From Adineta vaga (taxonomy: Eukaryota; Animalia; Rotifera): DNA of 64,000 bases. Both the position numbers and the translations under genes were made by a program. Below, one piece after another: positions 36,536-48,652 of the stretch (the stretch's first letter is position 1; each line of letters starts with the position of its first letter). The notes beneath the pieces were generated by a model. The model searched no databases, was not told where the DNA came from, and was given only the letters and a program-made list of their open reading frames with translations. The stretch is from the NCBI GenBank assembly GCA_021613535.1, contig CP075497.1, positions 10,292,001 through 10,356,000 on the forward strand. Reading direction: 5' to 3'.

Positions 36536-38167
36536 ATTGTCAACATATCATGTTGTCTTTTCTGAGCTTTAAATCTTGTAAATTTTTATAAATAAGCAAT
36601 GATTAATACTTTTTTTTTAATGATTTGATTGATGCATCGTTAGCAAATGAATAATTAAAATCGATCTATTTTTTCTTAACTATAGAAAGATATAAAAGAT
36701 AGTGATGATGATAATAAAATGCAACAGATGGTACCAACCAACTTGAATTTTTTCTTTTCTTTTCTATTTCCAAGGGAAATATGATCAGAAGATGGCGTAA
36801 AATGATGGTTTAATAATGAACAAAACACACTGTCGTTTTTCTTACGAGAAAGTCATGAAATGATAAGAGAGAAATTAACTGCTTCGTTTGCTTCGATTAT
36901 TTCTAGGAAAACAAACAAATGTCTAATTGTCTGTTCGCACTCTCATGGTTATCCATGAAACAGAAGAATGAACAATATGTTTCTGATTAATGCATGCATT
37001 GAGTTTGCTGTTCATTAATTGAGAAAATAAATATTGTCTGACAAGAAACAATTTTTTTTTAAATATTATTTAATACCATAATAAAACGTTTTTACATGAT
37101 AATATATTTATGAATTGTCATCTTTGACACGTATAAACATGTCAGTATGAAGAAATGAGGAAGACAAACGAAGATTTTATCACTTCCACTTAATCTAATT
37201 AAAAAAACAGTTTATGAGATCTTAGATATATTATCTGAACGTCATCTAAAGATGTCACGACAGCTCTATAAACATTTTGTAATGAAACATTCGACAAAGA
37301 TTTTTCTCTATATTGAAAATTATAAGATGATGAAATATTATATTCTAATACGCGTGCAAACCTTTTCTTAGAAGCATAGCTGACATGTATGAGGTGATAT
37401 AAAGATAAAGCTCGTCATTGAAAACATTATTATTATGAAGATCATGTATTGAAACATAAAGTTTTACTTTAACCAAGAACAACGGAAAGAAATAATTATC
37501 ATACAGGAAATAGAATAGTTCAATACAATTGCGTGTCAATATAAATAAAAAAATATGTCGTATGTCAAGAAATACTTGATATATCACATCAGTTTTTATA
37601 CTATTGATTGTGTTTAATGAAAGCATATTTTAGAATGTATTTTAATTATTGTTTACGATCGATGTATACAAAGAAAAAGAAATCTTCTTCTATCATCGCT
37701 AGAAGAGATACAACGGATGTATTCGAAACATGATGAATTTATAATGATCACTTTCTTTCAATACTATCAAAGGAAAGAATACTTATGTATGGATTTGTAA
37801 ATAAATAAATGATCTATCATGTTTTTTTTAACTGTAATAATATCTTAAATAACAAATGTAACTTATAGGTTTATTATTTTGTTTTTTTTATCTTTCTTGA
37901 CAGACACTTTTCCTCAAATTATTGATAACTAGATACTTCTCTAAGAACGCATCTATATATTTGCTAGATTCTATAACAGAAGGGATGACAACCTGTCAGC
38001 ATAAAGTTCCTAATATTTCTCTTATCTTTATTTCTACTTCTAAATATATTTTCCGCCTAATATGTTTACTTCTTGTTCATATTTTTATTGAAAACATCGA
38101 ATCTTACTTTCCTTCTACTCTGTAGACTCAAATCATTTCCTTATTACTTTCTCTTTTAGATCGAATT

Positions 38168-38969
38168 ATGAATACACTACGTATACTGTGTTTTACCATT
38201 AGTGCAGTCTGTATGCTTGCATTCAATAGTATGAATTGATATATGAATTCTTTCATTTGATTTACTTTTATTTTGTTCAGATGCAACATCAACATCTAAA
38301 GGTGAACAAAAGCTTGTCATTCGTGGTCGTGTAACATTTCCTAAAGGTTCTAAAGCTCCCATTGAATCTGGTGCTATAGTGGCCGTTGAATTACAAGACA
38401 CATCTTTGGCTGATGCTCCTGCAAAAGTAATTGCTAAAGGAACAAATAAAGCTACTCGATTTCCAATTGCATTTGCTATTCAATATTCACTATCTCAAAT
38501 TACCCAGGGTAATTCTTATTCACTTAGTGTCTCAATTCGAAATAAAAAAAATGAATTATTATATGTCAATGATGTACATATAACAATTATACCAACAGGT
38601 ACGAAACGTACTAAATTCATTAATGTACCTGTTATACTTGTTAAAAGTAAGACAAACAAATAGTTCAAATTGTAATCAGAGAAGTATTTTTGTGTGTGTA
38701 TGTTTAGAAGATACTACTACAGTGAAAAAATCTGAATGGCCTGAATTAGTAGGTCGAAAAGGTGAAGATGCTGTTAGAATCATTAAAAAAGAAACAGGTA
38801 AAACTGCAATAATATATTACTAATTTTTCTTTTTAATGATTGTTTAGGTTTTACCAATGTTGTAACAATTCTTGAAGGATCAGCAATCACATTGGATTTT
38901 AGTTGGAGTCGTGTTCGTATTACTGTTAATAGTAAAGGAATCGTGACAATGACTCCGACGATTGCTTGA
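38168..38969 (+). CDS. Secreted YbaY/YscW-like domain fused to a potato inhibitor I (I13) protease-inhibitor domain
   Basis: Exons 38168-38228, 38281-38646, 38708-38797 and 38848-38969 splice in frame. Signal peptide; YbaY signature VELQDTSLADAPAKVIA...FPIAFAIQY; I13 signature KSEWPELVG...EGSAITLDFSWSRVRI...GIV...PTIA*. Confidence 0.88.
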
Positions 38970-39368
38970 TGAATTATTCAGAAATATTTGCTAAACATTA
39001 AGATAAACTTAACTGCTTTTTTATCTCTCTTATTTGAATGAACGAGTGACGTTTATTACCGCTTCTTTTCACGAAATAAAACTATTGATAAATTGAATCA
39101 TTATTCTAGCTGTAAAAACCTGTTCAATTGATCTTGAGAATTTATTTTCTCTAAAGTTGATATAGGAGATTACTATTGAGCGCCCTCTACTTATTCAATT
39201 TCTTATTGAAACAATTTATATTTATGTCATTTTTCCTACCCATTGTGGTAAAAAATCATCATATCACTTTTACAATCGATATTTATAATGTTGAATGTCC
39301 GATCTCTATTTTTCTTTTAGGAATAATTTATTGAATTTGATTTCGAATTCATTATAGAATTGACAAAT

Positions 39369-40661
39369 ATGACGGAAGGTTATGGTTTTCTTCGATTTTG
39401 TATGTCAACAACCTTTCTTCTTCTTCTTTTAATTCATCTATCTCCATAGTATATACAAAATATTCGGAAGTAGAATATGTAAGTGAAGCTTGGGCACCTA
39501 TTAATGATCTTCTCAAACAACATCTTGACAATTCTATTGAAACTTGCCAACCAATATCATACCAAGCTATTTATTGGTAATTGCTATTGAACAAACGATT
39601 GTCTAAATAATTTCCAATTGTATTATTATTCATTTAGTTGTATCTATAAAAGTACATGTAGAGGATATAAAGAACGACTTTTTACAGATGTAAAAAAAGT
39701 CATTACTGATTATTGTCAAAATATTAAAGTGCAATTAGATGAAAGTGTAAGATTTAAACGAGATTTATCTTTCGAAATAAATGCAGTTGTTAATTATAAA
39801 TTAGATGAGAAAAACGAATGATGATCATTCGAATAGATCGATGAATGGTTATATTCTTCAATTTATTGATCATTTACGACAATTTCATCGAGCAATTGAA
39901 GCTATTGTTCCACTCTTCGTAAGAAAAAAAGAATTAACATATAAAAATTATCTTCATTTTCTTTTGTCTTTAGCATTATCTTGTTAGTCTTGTTTTTTTT
40001 TCGAATTTTCTGTCAAAATTACTTTTAAATATTCAAGGATGTTGTTTATATTAAACCAAAAATACGATCAACTATTCGACAAGAATTATCTTTCTTGTAT
40101 AAAACAATCATTATGGAAGTTCATTTAAATCCTATTTTCAGTAAGACATAATATAATTCATTCGTTAATCATCCAAATCTTCTTTAGATACACTTCGACA
40201 ACTTGTTCATACATCAGATAGTCCATCGAAAGAAATCATTAGTTTATTATTGAAATTGATCAATGAAATTGCACCTAGTAAATACAAAAGATGAATTAAT
40301 AGAAAACTCGAATTTTGAATAGATTTAGCCATTAAACAACGTCATTTATTTAAACGCTATTGTAATAATGAAGATGTATTCAATGAAATGGCAACGAATG
40401 GAGAAGATATGGTTACACCTGCTTCGTTCGTATTCATATAATTATTATTTTCATTTTAGTGTTTGATACTTTCTAGACGAACGTCTTCCAAACGATCAGC
40501 TCATGAATTACCAGACGAAGAAGGTAAGTTTTATTGAAATCATATCTAATTTTCTACGAATAATTGTGACATTATTGGATATACATTTTGTATGAATAGA
40601 TCAACCTCCAGTAAAACGTACGATGAGTAATATAATCAAATCTCCACGTTCAGATAATTAA
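39369..40661 (+). CDS. CACUL1: CDK2-associated cullin domain protein (cullin N-terminal repeat only)
   Basis: AWAPINDLL...PISYQAIY|CCIYKSTC...ERLFTDVKKVI...YILQFIDHLRQFHRAIEAIVPLF|HYL|DVVYIKPK matches the CACUL1 pattern; includes a 9-nt micro-exon at 39974-39982. Confidence 0.75.
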
Positions 40662-41220
40662 ATATTCTCTTTCTTTGTTGTTTTTATTCATGTATATTTG
40701 TGATATTGTTCTTCAAACTTACGAAATAGTAATACTTGATTTTGGTATAGATAGAAATAAAACTTTATGTGAAAATGATTTGTTCGTCATGTATCGGTTG
40801 ATTTGAAATGAAGTCAGACTATATTTATGTAACGACATATGATCGAACGAGGAGAACATTTTCTTAACGATTCGTTCAAATCATACGTAAAACAAGTCTT
40901 CTATCTACATATTAAATCTCGACATAAATTACGTTATTATGATCTAACAAGTCAAATACACAATATAGAAATAATCGTTGCTTAATTTGGATATTTTTTT
41001 GTATATATAGATGTGTGTTCGGTAGTTAGCTACTGCCCTCTGAATAAAATTGAGTTTTTTTTTAAAAACATACTTGTTGATGTTTATTTCATTACACAAC
41101 GAATGATGGCGAAGTATTATTTACTAGAAAGAAAGAAAGGAAGAAAAAACGTTATTTTTCGGTTTATTACTTTCTGATGAGAAGATTTTTTTTCTCTTTT
41201 TAAGATATATAAAATCAAAA

Positions 41221-43164
41221 ATGGCAGCGTCAATGTCAGCAAATTGTCTGATTTCTGTATGTAAAGATTAAGAAAATGATCAATTATGTTCTATGTTCTT
41301 GTTCTCTTTTTGTTAAGCCCGAACCTTTATTAGAACAATTTAATTGTCCAATTTGTCTAAATACTATGAAAGATGTATGGGTAACCAATTGTCTTCATCG
41401 TTTTTGTGAAAATTGTATCAAAGGTAAATTTTCAGAGATGAAATTCAAGAAAGTCTATACACGTTCATAATTTGATAGAGTCGGTCAATGCAGCTCATCG
41501 ATGTCCTTTATGTAATAAAGCTTTACAACAAGATGATATTCAACGTGATGCTCTAGGCAATAGTATACTTGGTTTGATAATTCATTTTTATTTGGTTCAA
41601 AAAATTTTCGTGTCAATGTTTTTAGAAGCAATTGATAAAGCAATTCAAGATGCAGAAGCACAAAAAGCAAAATCATTTGCTACACAAGGTAAATCTTTCT
41701 TTTTCGAATGGAAATAATTCATTATTGCCTTTCTATGTTTCTAGTTGTCAATCAAATAGGTGATAATTCTATTCGAACAATACTTGAAGAACTTTTTCGT
41801 GGTAAATATATTATTATGAATCATTTGTTTTGCTTTGAATTAGAATTCTAGATACACTTGTTACATCATTGGCAAGTCATTTAACTAGTGAAAATGATAT
41901 GAATTGTCGATATAAACGTAAAAAAGCAGGTATTGAACAAGCATTTAATCAAGCAGTAGTCGAATTACAACAAAAGAAATTACCAAAAGATCGTAAGATA
42001 TAATCAATCATTTGTTTTCATTCAATTTTTCTTTTTTTTGTGTAGAATATAAAAAAGAATTGGATGAAAAAACGGCACAATTTCAACAAGAAATCAAAGC
42101 ACTTGATGAAGAAATTCGTAATGTACAGATCTTATTTATTGAAGCATATAAGAAGTAAGTTTTAATCAGAGTTATATAAAAATTATCTACTGAATACATT
42201 TAGTCATCTCAATGAACATGTATCAAATTTTGGTGCAGTTGCTACACAAGTTCGTGTAACTTTATGGAAAGAAGATCATTTATATATGAATAAAGATAAA
42301 CAATATCTATTGAAATTGATGCGTCCTGAAGATCCGTAAGAGAATCAATTGATTGAATTGAAGAGAAATTTATGATTCCTTTTAGTATGAGAGTCTTATT
42401 ACCTGCATTGGATGAACTTGTACAATTAAAATCAGATGCAATAGCGAAATTTGGTGATACAATACTTTTTACTTGTATCAGGTGGAGGAAAATATGAATT
42501 TTTTTCTCATTTTTATTTTCTCTTCTAGTTCTTTTGATGATCTTTCGGAACAAGCAGTTATTCGACGACTTCGTAGAATGGAAGTTGCAGATGATGACGA
42601 CGATGATAGTTTATTAACTGTATCACAGAATTGTCGACCTATATTAGAACATAAATTAGTAAGTGAGAATTTGTTGTCTGTATGATTAAAATTTTTTGAA
42701 TTAGTTACGAGGCACTCTTGTTGTTGTTCATGGTGATATTCTATTAGAAAGTGAAGTTCCAAAGAAATGTTTTATCCAAATGTACAATGAACATCCAGAA
42801 CAAGAACATCTAGTAGATTATTTTCAATGTACTGATTGTGTTAGAGATGGAAAACCATTAAGATGTATGATTATGATCAATTAATCAAAAGATTTGATTT
42901 ATTAAATTACGTTGTTTTTATTTAGGGATTTGTAAATCATGTGCAGCTGTTTGTCATAAAAGTAAGAATTTGTGATGTTTAGTTTTCAATATTTATATTT
43001 TCCTATTCATAGATCATAGTGTTACGCCATTAATATTTGGCAACAGAGCCACAGGGTAAGAATGAAATCAGTAGAAATTATTTTGTTAATCACAAAATGA
43101 TTTTCTTTTCAGACCAAAATGTGATTGTCGTAAGAAGCATTGTAATATTTATCCCCGAAATTGA
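41221..43164 (+). CDS. C3HC4 RING finger protein with central coiled coil and C-terminal UBR-type zinc finger
   Basis: RING CPICLNTMKDVWVTNCLHRFCENCI..HRCPLC. C-terminus DYFQCTDC...WICKSCAAVCHKNHSV...KCDCRKKHC. Many short introns. Confidence 0.8.
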
Positions 43165-43610
43165 CTTATATATATATTTTGTTTTTAAATGAATTCTTCT
43201 CCGTCTGTTGTTTGTTTTTCTATATATACATATAATTCTAATTGAGATATTTTGTTTTCTTGCATATAGAAATGTTTGATAACATATGAGACAAATAACG
43301 GAATAAATCTTTTTTATCATAAATATATATTTTATAATGTTAGAAAAAGAAAACGACTGGTTAAATTAGTATATATATGAGATAGAACGAAACAATAATT
43401 TTCTTCACAACCAAAATGAATGATCACAAAAAACAGAAATATAAAGTTCGTCTGTTTTTCCTGGAAAGATACTTTGGTCAGATCACGAATGGAATGTCGA
43501 ACAAAACTGATTGATCTATGTGACTAGTAGATTGAGAGAATAAAAAGAACAACACCAATAAAATATTGCAGATAAAATTGAGAAGAAAATCAGAATTAAA
43601 ATGAAAGAAA

Positions 43611-45342
43611 TTAACAATTACGATCAGCTTCAGCACCAGCAGATTTTCCAATAGCATCAGGATTTTGCAATGGATCAAGTTCAGCAAATAAATCCAACCA
43701 ATTCGATTGTTCACTTGATTTTCCTGTTGTCTCTTTTGGTTTCGGATTAGTTGAAGACGAAGGCTTTGATGTGGAAGTTTTATTATTTAAAGCTAATAAT
43801 TCACTGAGAAGAGATGATGGAAGAAAAGAATTACTCGATGTAACAGAATTATTGACATTCGCCAATGAAGGTACTTGTTGATTACCAAATGCTGCTGTCC
43901 AATCAGCATCAAAATTATTACTTTCACTGAGACCAAGAAGATCATTACTATTCGGTTCAGTCGATGATGACGAAAGAAGATCAGAAAAAAGTTTATCATG
44001 TTCAATAGATGTATCTAATAATTCCACGAGATTATCACTATCATTAGATGGATTTGAGATTGTTTTCGTATTTGTCATAGCACCATCCGTTGTTACTGTT
44101 GTATTAAGAGTTGTTAATTTTTTTAATTCAAGAAGTTGATCGTCGAATTGAGCATCAGATATATCAATTAAAGCATTGATAGGTTCATTTGAATCGATAT
44201 TTTCATCTAAATAATTTTTTATATATTAATTCGAATCGTTCGCAGAGTATTTACATACCTTTGTGAGTCATATCATTTGATAGTTTTTTTTGTTCATATA
44301 CTTGTGAATCAATAAGATCAATGAGTGTATCATCTTTCTCTTTTTCTTCTTCTTCTACTTGTTTTTCATTTAGAAATGAACTCGATTGCATTTCAGCTAA
44401 CAATCGATTTGGTTCAGCAAGATCTTTAATCACAGTAAATTCATAATATTGATAACCTTTAAATGATTCAGCAACAGCTGCCATAACCTTCGACGTTTTT
44501 GCCCAAAATACAAGTAAAGTTTTTTGATATGCGGCTAATACATGTGAATACATATTACTAAAAACAAAACATACAAATTAATTCATGTTTTCTCAGCAAG
44601 ACTAATTGATTTACCATCGACTAGCTGTGAGTAAATCGATTTTTTGTATCACATCTGATTTTAATTTATCATATTCTAATTTCGATGTTTTCACTTGAAT
44701 TTGTACTCGACGAAATTTTTCTAATTGTCTCTCCGGATCAAGTTGTACGGATGCATCTTTCAACCATAAGATACTTCCACGATATTCTGTTCTTGCTGTT
44801 TCCATACGTTTGACTGTTGCTAATGTATCTGTTATTGCACGAAGACGAAAGGTTTCAATTTCATTATGTAATCGAAATAAAGGTTGTCGTAAACTTAAAC
44901 GTTGTTGAGCAGTATAGGCAAGTACTTTCGATACACTTGCCATAATTTTTCCAGCACGATTCTTGTCTGCTTGAGCATAATCTTTTAAAAATCGTGCCAT
45001 ATCAGTTTCTTCATGAGAAAGACGAAGAACATTGGTTTGATAACAATTCATTATCTAAATTGAATAGAAAATTTTGATTTAATAATGATAAATTTCAAGA
45101 ATAAAAGAAGATCATACATGAAGTAAATCATTACAAGATTTTTTTATGGTATAAAGTAAATCAAGTTTTGCATCAACATCAGCATCAGAAGCAATAACAA
45201 ATTCATCTTGTTCACGACCTAATTTTTTAATCACGAGTTGTTTTGTTGTCCAGTATTTTGAACGTAATTTGTTCAAACCTGTTTGATCTTGATTTTCTCC
45301 ATATTTATCGTGAGAAAAATTCGATGAATTTCGATAATTCAT
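43611..45342 (-). CDS. ICA1: Islet cell autoantigen 69 kDa (ICA69/RIC-19; arfaptin-homology BAR domain)
   Basis: KYWTTKQLVIKKLGREQDEFVIASDADVDAKL, EIETFRLRAITDT, ARTEYRG, QKIDLLTASR, YQYYEFTVIKDL, and C-terminal WLDLFAELDPLQNPDAIG. Confidence 0.93.
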
Positions 45343-45652
45343 CTCAACTCAAATAGATGTCTTGTTGTTCTTTTTTCTTTTAATAATAACACCTTGAATC
45401 ATTCGATTTTCTTCATTCACGTCACGAAAATAAATTTTCTCTTTTCATTTCGAACCAATCGACTCTTTTCTTTCGACCTCTGCTGAACTGCTTTGTAATT
45501 GGTTGAAACATCTAATCGTAGAGAGAAATACACACGTCATCTAAAGTAAAGAGAAAACGAATCGTATGAGAGATCTGAATCTCTGAAAGATACGATAATA
45601 TATTTGAATTTTTGGTTTTAGATTTATATTTCAAAGAATAAACGAGAAAAAA
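45343..45652. promoter_or_regulatory. Bidirectional promoter ICA1/DAD1 with CCAAT boxes and UPRE/CRE-like sites
   Basis: 310 bp between divergent ATGs. CCAAT 45455-45459, ATTGG 45498-45502, TCACGTCA 45417-45424, ACACGTCA 45532-45539. Confidence 0.5.
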
Positions 45653-46044
45653 ATGAGTCAAGTTGGACAAGTTGTCGGTATTTTACGTAAACTCAATGAA
45701 GAATATCAATCAAGTACACCAAAGAAATTAAAATTAGTTGATGCTTATTTAGTTTATGTACTTTTAACTGGTATTGTTCAATTTGTTTATTGTCTTCTTG
45801 TTGGAACATTTCCATTCAATTCATTTCTTTCGGGTTTTATATCAACTGTTGGTTGTTTTGTTTTAGCTGGTAAAATTTTACTTTGAATTTTTCTTCTCTA
45901 TTTTGTTTATTTTTAGCAAGTTTACGTATTCAATTAAATAAGGCCAATCGTTCAACATTTAATGTTTCACCAGAACGTGCTTTTGCTGATTTTGTCTTTG
46001 CTCATGTTATCTTACATTTAGTTGTAGTCAATTTTATTGGCTAA
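45653..46044 (+). CDS. DAD1: Oligosaccharyltransferase subunit DAD1/OST2
   Basis: [12 protein letters not shown]...[24 protein letters not shown]|ASLRIQLN...[25 protein letters not shown]; one intron at about 45870-45916. Confidence 0.96.
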
Positions 46045-46435
46045 ACATAGAAAGATAATAATGAAGACAAGAAACATTTAACAAAATATATTATCACTCT
46101 TGGGTGTTTCTGTTGTTTTAGCGTTTGTTTTCTTTTCTCGTAGCTTTATTGTTGATTTTTCTTTGTTTCACTTCTTCACTCGTTTCTTCTTTCTTATATT
46201 ATTATCATCTGACATGTTGAATGAAGAATAAAAAAACGTCCGAAAAGATGATTTATAAATGAACATATCGTTTTTATTTTCAAAATGTTTACATGAATCG
46301 AGAAGAAAAGAAAAATTGTTAGAAGATGATTGATTTTTCTTTTTAATTTTTTGATTTCTAATCTTCGAATAATGATTTTGATTATTTATGGTTAGTATGA
46401 ATTAAGAAGAACAAGTATGTCGAGTAAAATGACGT

Positions 46436-47146
46436 TTAATAGTATGAATACATTTGAGGTTGCTGTACCATAGAATTTATTAATGGATAAAATGGTTGTT
46501 GTGATTGAGGATATTGAGACATATATTGACCGGGATAATTGTTCATCATCATCATCATTTCTTGTTGTTCTCGTTGTTGTTTTTCAGCTTGTTGAATTTG
46601 TTGCGAAAGTTGGGCACGTTGAAATCGACGTGCAACATCAGGAGAAGCTGGACGTGATCGTTGTACGAAATGAACAGGTGAGGGAATACGTTCAGATTGC
46701 ACAAATTGAAAAGGAGATGATGGACGAGATCCAATTAGTTCTGGCGACATTGCTCGTCGACGATATCTTACTGGTGTACCAGGTAGAGAATGAGCAAAAT
46801 GTGCTGGTGAACCGGGTCGAATGATATTTTCTACTTCTCTATCAGGAAATTGTCGACGAGATCGTGATCGACCAATATGCAATGCATTAGCAATGAATTG
46901 GAATGGTGATGACGAACGTTGTTCTTGAACATACTCTGCGCCAGCATATGGATCATCATCGTCAACTATATAAGGTACAGAACCATTGTCCATTCCTGCA
47001 TAAGGACTTTGTCCTCTAGCTTGTAATGCTACTAATCGTGCCGCTTGTTCTGCACCCATTTGATAGACAATATCAGGTAAAGGTTCAGCATCTCTTGCCG
47101 AACCACCAAAATTACCGAATTTCTTCCGTCTTCGAAAGACACGCAT
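46436..47146 (-). CDS. Uncharacterized intronless protein with RxxSP repeats and a Q/M/Y-rich tail
   Basis: 236-codon open frame from MRVFRRRKK with coding-like composition; repeats RSSSPFQF, RPGSPAHF, RAMSP, RPSSPFQF, RIPSPVHF, RPASP. Confidence 0.65.
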   Translation of the reverse strand: MRVFRRRKKFGNFGGSARDAEPLPDIVYQMGAEQAARLVALQARGQSPYAGMDNGSVPYIVDDDDPYAGAEYVQEQRSSSPFQFIANALHIGRSRSRRQFPDREVENIIRPGSPAHFAHSLPGTPVRYRRRAMSPELIGSRPSSPFQFVQSERIPSPVHFVQRSRPASPDVARRFQRAQLSQQIQQAEKQQREQQEMMMMMNNYPGQYMSQYPQSQQPFYPLINSMVQQPQMYSYY

Positions 47147-47922
47147 GGTAGACAAAATAGATAGGAAATGATGAGTAAACTCATTTGTTATTATGTTTAT
47201 ATGAGAAACAAAAATCATTGAAGCAAATCAAACACGCGAAAAATATTCAATCATTTTATGAATAATAATTATTTATTCTATATAATATTTTGTGTAAAAA
47301 ACAAATTTCTTCACAGTATGATCGTTTTTAAATTTGATGTTTACTTAACAATTGTTATACCATTAATTGATCATATTCATCACGAGCAAGGACGATTTTT
47401 ATCAATCTATACAACTAATATACATTGAAACTCTAATTATCCTCATTTCTTATTCTACAAATAGATAAAATCATGAACAGCTAGTTTTTGAAGGGTTTTA
47501 TCAAACATTTATATAAGTGTACACACACGTCCTTTCTTTGACTCGCTAAACATAACTCAATATCGTTCTTAAATATCTCCTGTGTGTACATTGATGAGAA
47601 CGATGTAGTAATTTATTAGTCACAGACTTATCGAAAATAGAAATCTTTTATGTTACAAAAAAAAAAGAATGTATGCAATTGCTTGGCTGACTAATTTTAT
47701 ACAGATGATCACTTGAGAAGAGATAAGACAAGTGAAAGAACAAAAAATATGACTGTTGTTCAAACGTATAATGAAAATCAACAAAAAGTTTCGTTACCAA
47801 GACGAATAGCAAGTAAGTTAGTACTAATTGACAGTTCGATTGTTTCTAAGTCCAAGGTAATTATTCATATTCTTCAACTCAATCAATAATCGATCAATAC
47901 ATAGAGATACATGTCTGTTGAG

Positions 47923-47924
<2 letters not shown>

Positions 47925-47954
<30 letters not shown>
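47925..47954. repeat. (AT)15 microsatellite
   Basis: Direct dinucleotide run. Confidence 0.95.
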
Positions 47955-47957
<3 letters not shown>

Positions 47958-48652
47958 TATACACAGTGAAGATACCAATGCTTGACACTACACCACTCGA
48001 AAGATACGCTCTTTTCTTCTAATAGGATAAATTTTATGATATGGGAACGGTTCATGTATAAGACTATTTTATCATCTGGATGATTTGAGCTATGCAAGGG
48101 CAGAACACATGAACAAAAAAAATGATGAAGAATAAAAACGAAGAAATCGTTCGAACATACACGCGTACGTGAGGATCGAATTTCCTTTCAACTTTCGTTT
48201 CTCTCCTTTTTCTTCTTCTTTTTTTCTGTGCCTATTTGTTCGCAATCGAGGACGCCGTTCACTTGTTGTGCCGACAAATAAAGTAGTGTAGGTATCTAAT
48301 TCTTACAAACAAAAAGAAAACCACGTAACGATCGAATAAGTGAGTGTTGAGCGACGAAAAGGAAAAAGAATAAATGCATATATATATATACGATATCCGA
48401 ATCAATTGGACTAGTTTTAACACCTAGGTTATTGAAAAATGAAGAAGAACAATTTATACATGTAGTTCATAGAGAGAGATGGATAGACGAGTAATTGAAG
48501 ACAATATTCTCTTTCTTTCTTTCTTTTTTCCCCTATAGATACATTAATAAGCGGTTCACTGATAGGGCATTGGCATTATATTGAGAAGAGATTTAACAAT
48601 ACATTTGTTGATTTATTTTTATTCATTGTTTTATTTAGCATATATTACTTCG

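Noticed and set aside
36600-38160. Short ORFs in the anoctamin / YbaY-I13 intergenic region
   Set aside because: No motifs or consistent splice structure; treated as UTR or promoter sequence.
46483-46824. 113-aa plus-strand ORF
   Set aside because: Antisense shadow of the 46436-47146 gene; the same applies to many short antisense ORFs inside POGLUT1, domino, anoctamin and cadherin.
47793-47806. GTTACCAAGACGAA as an X-box
   Set aside because: Only one good half-site and far from either ATG.
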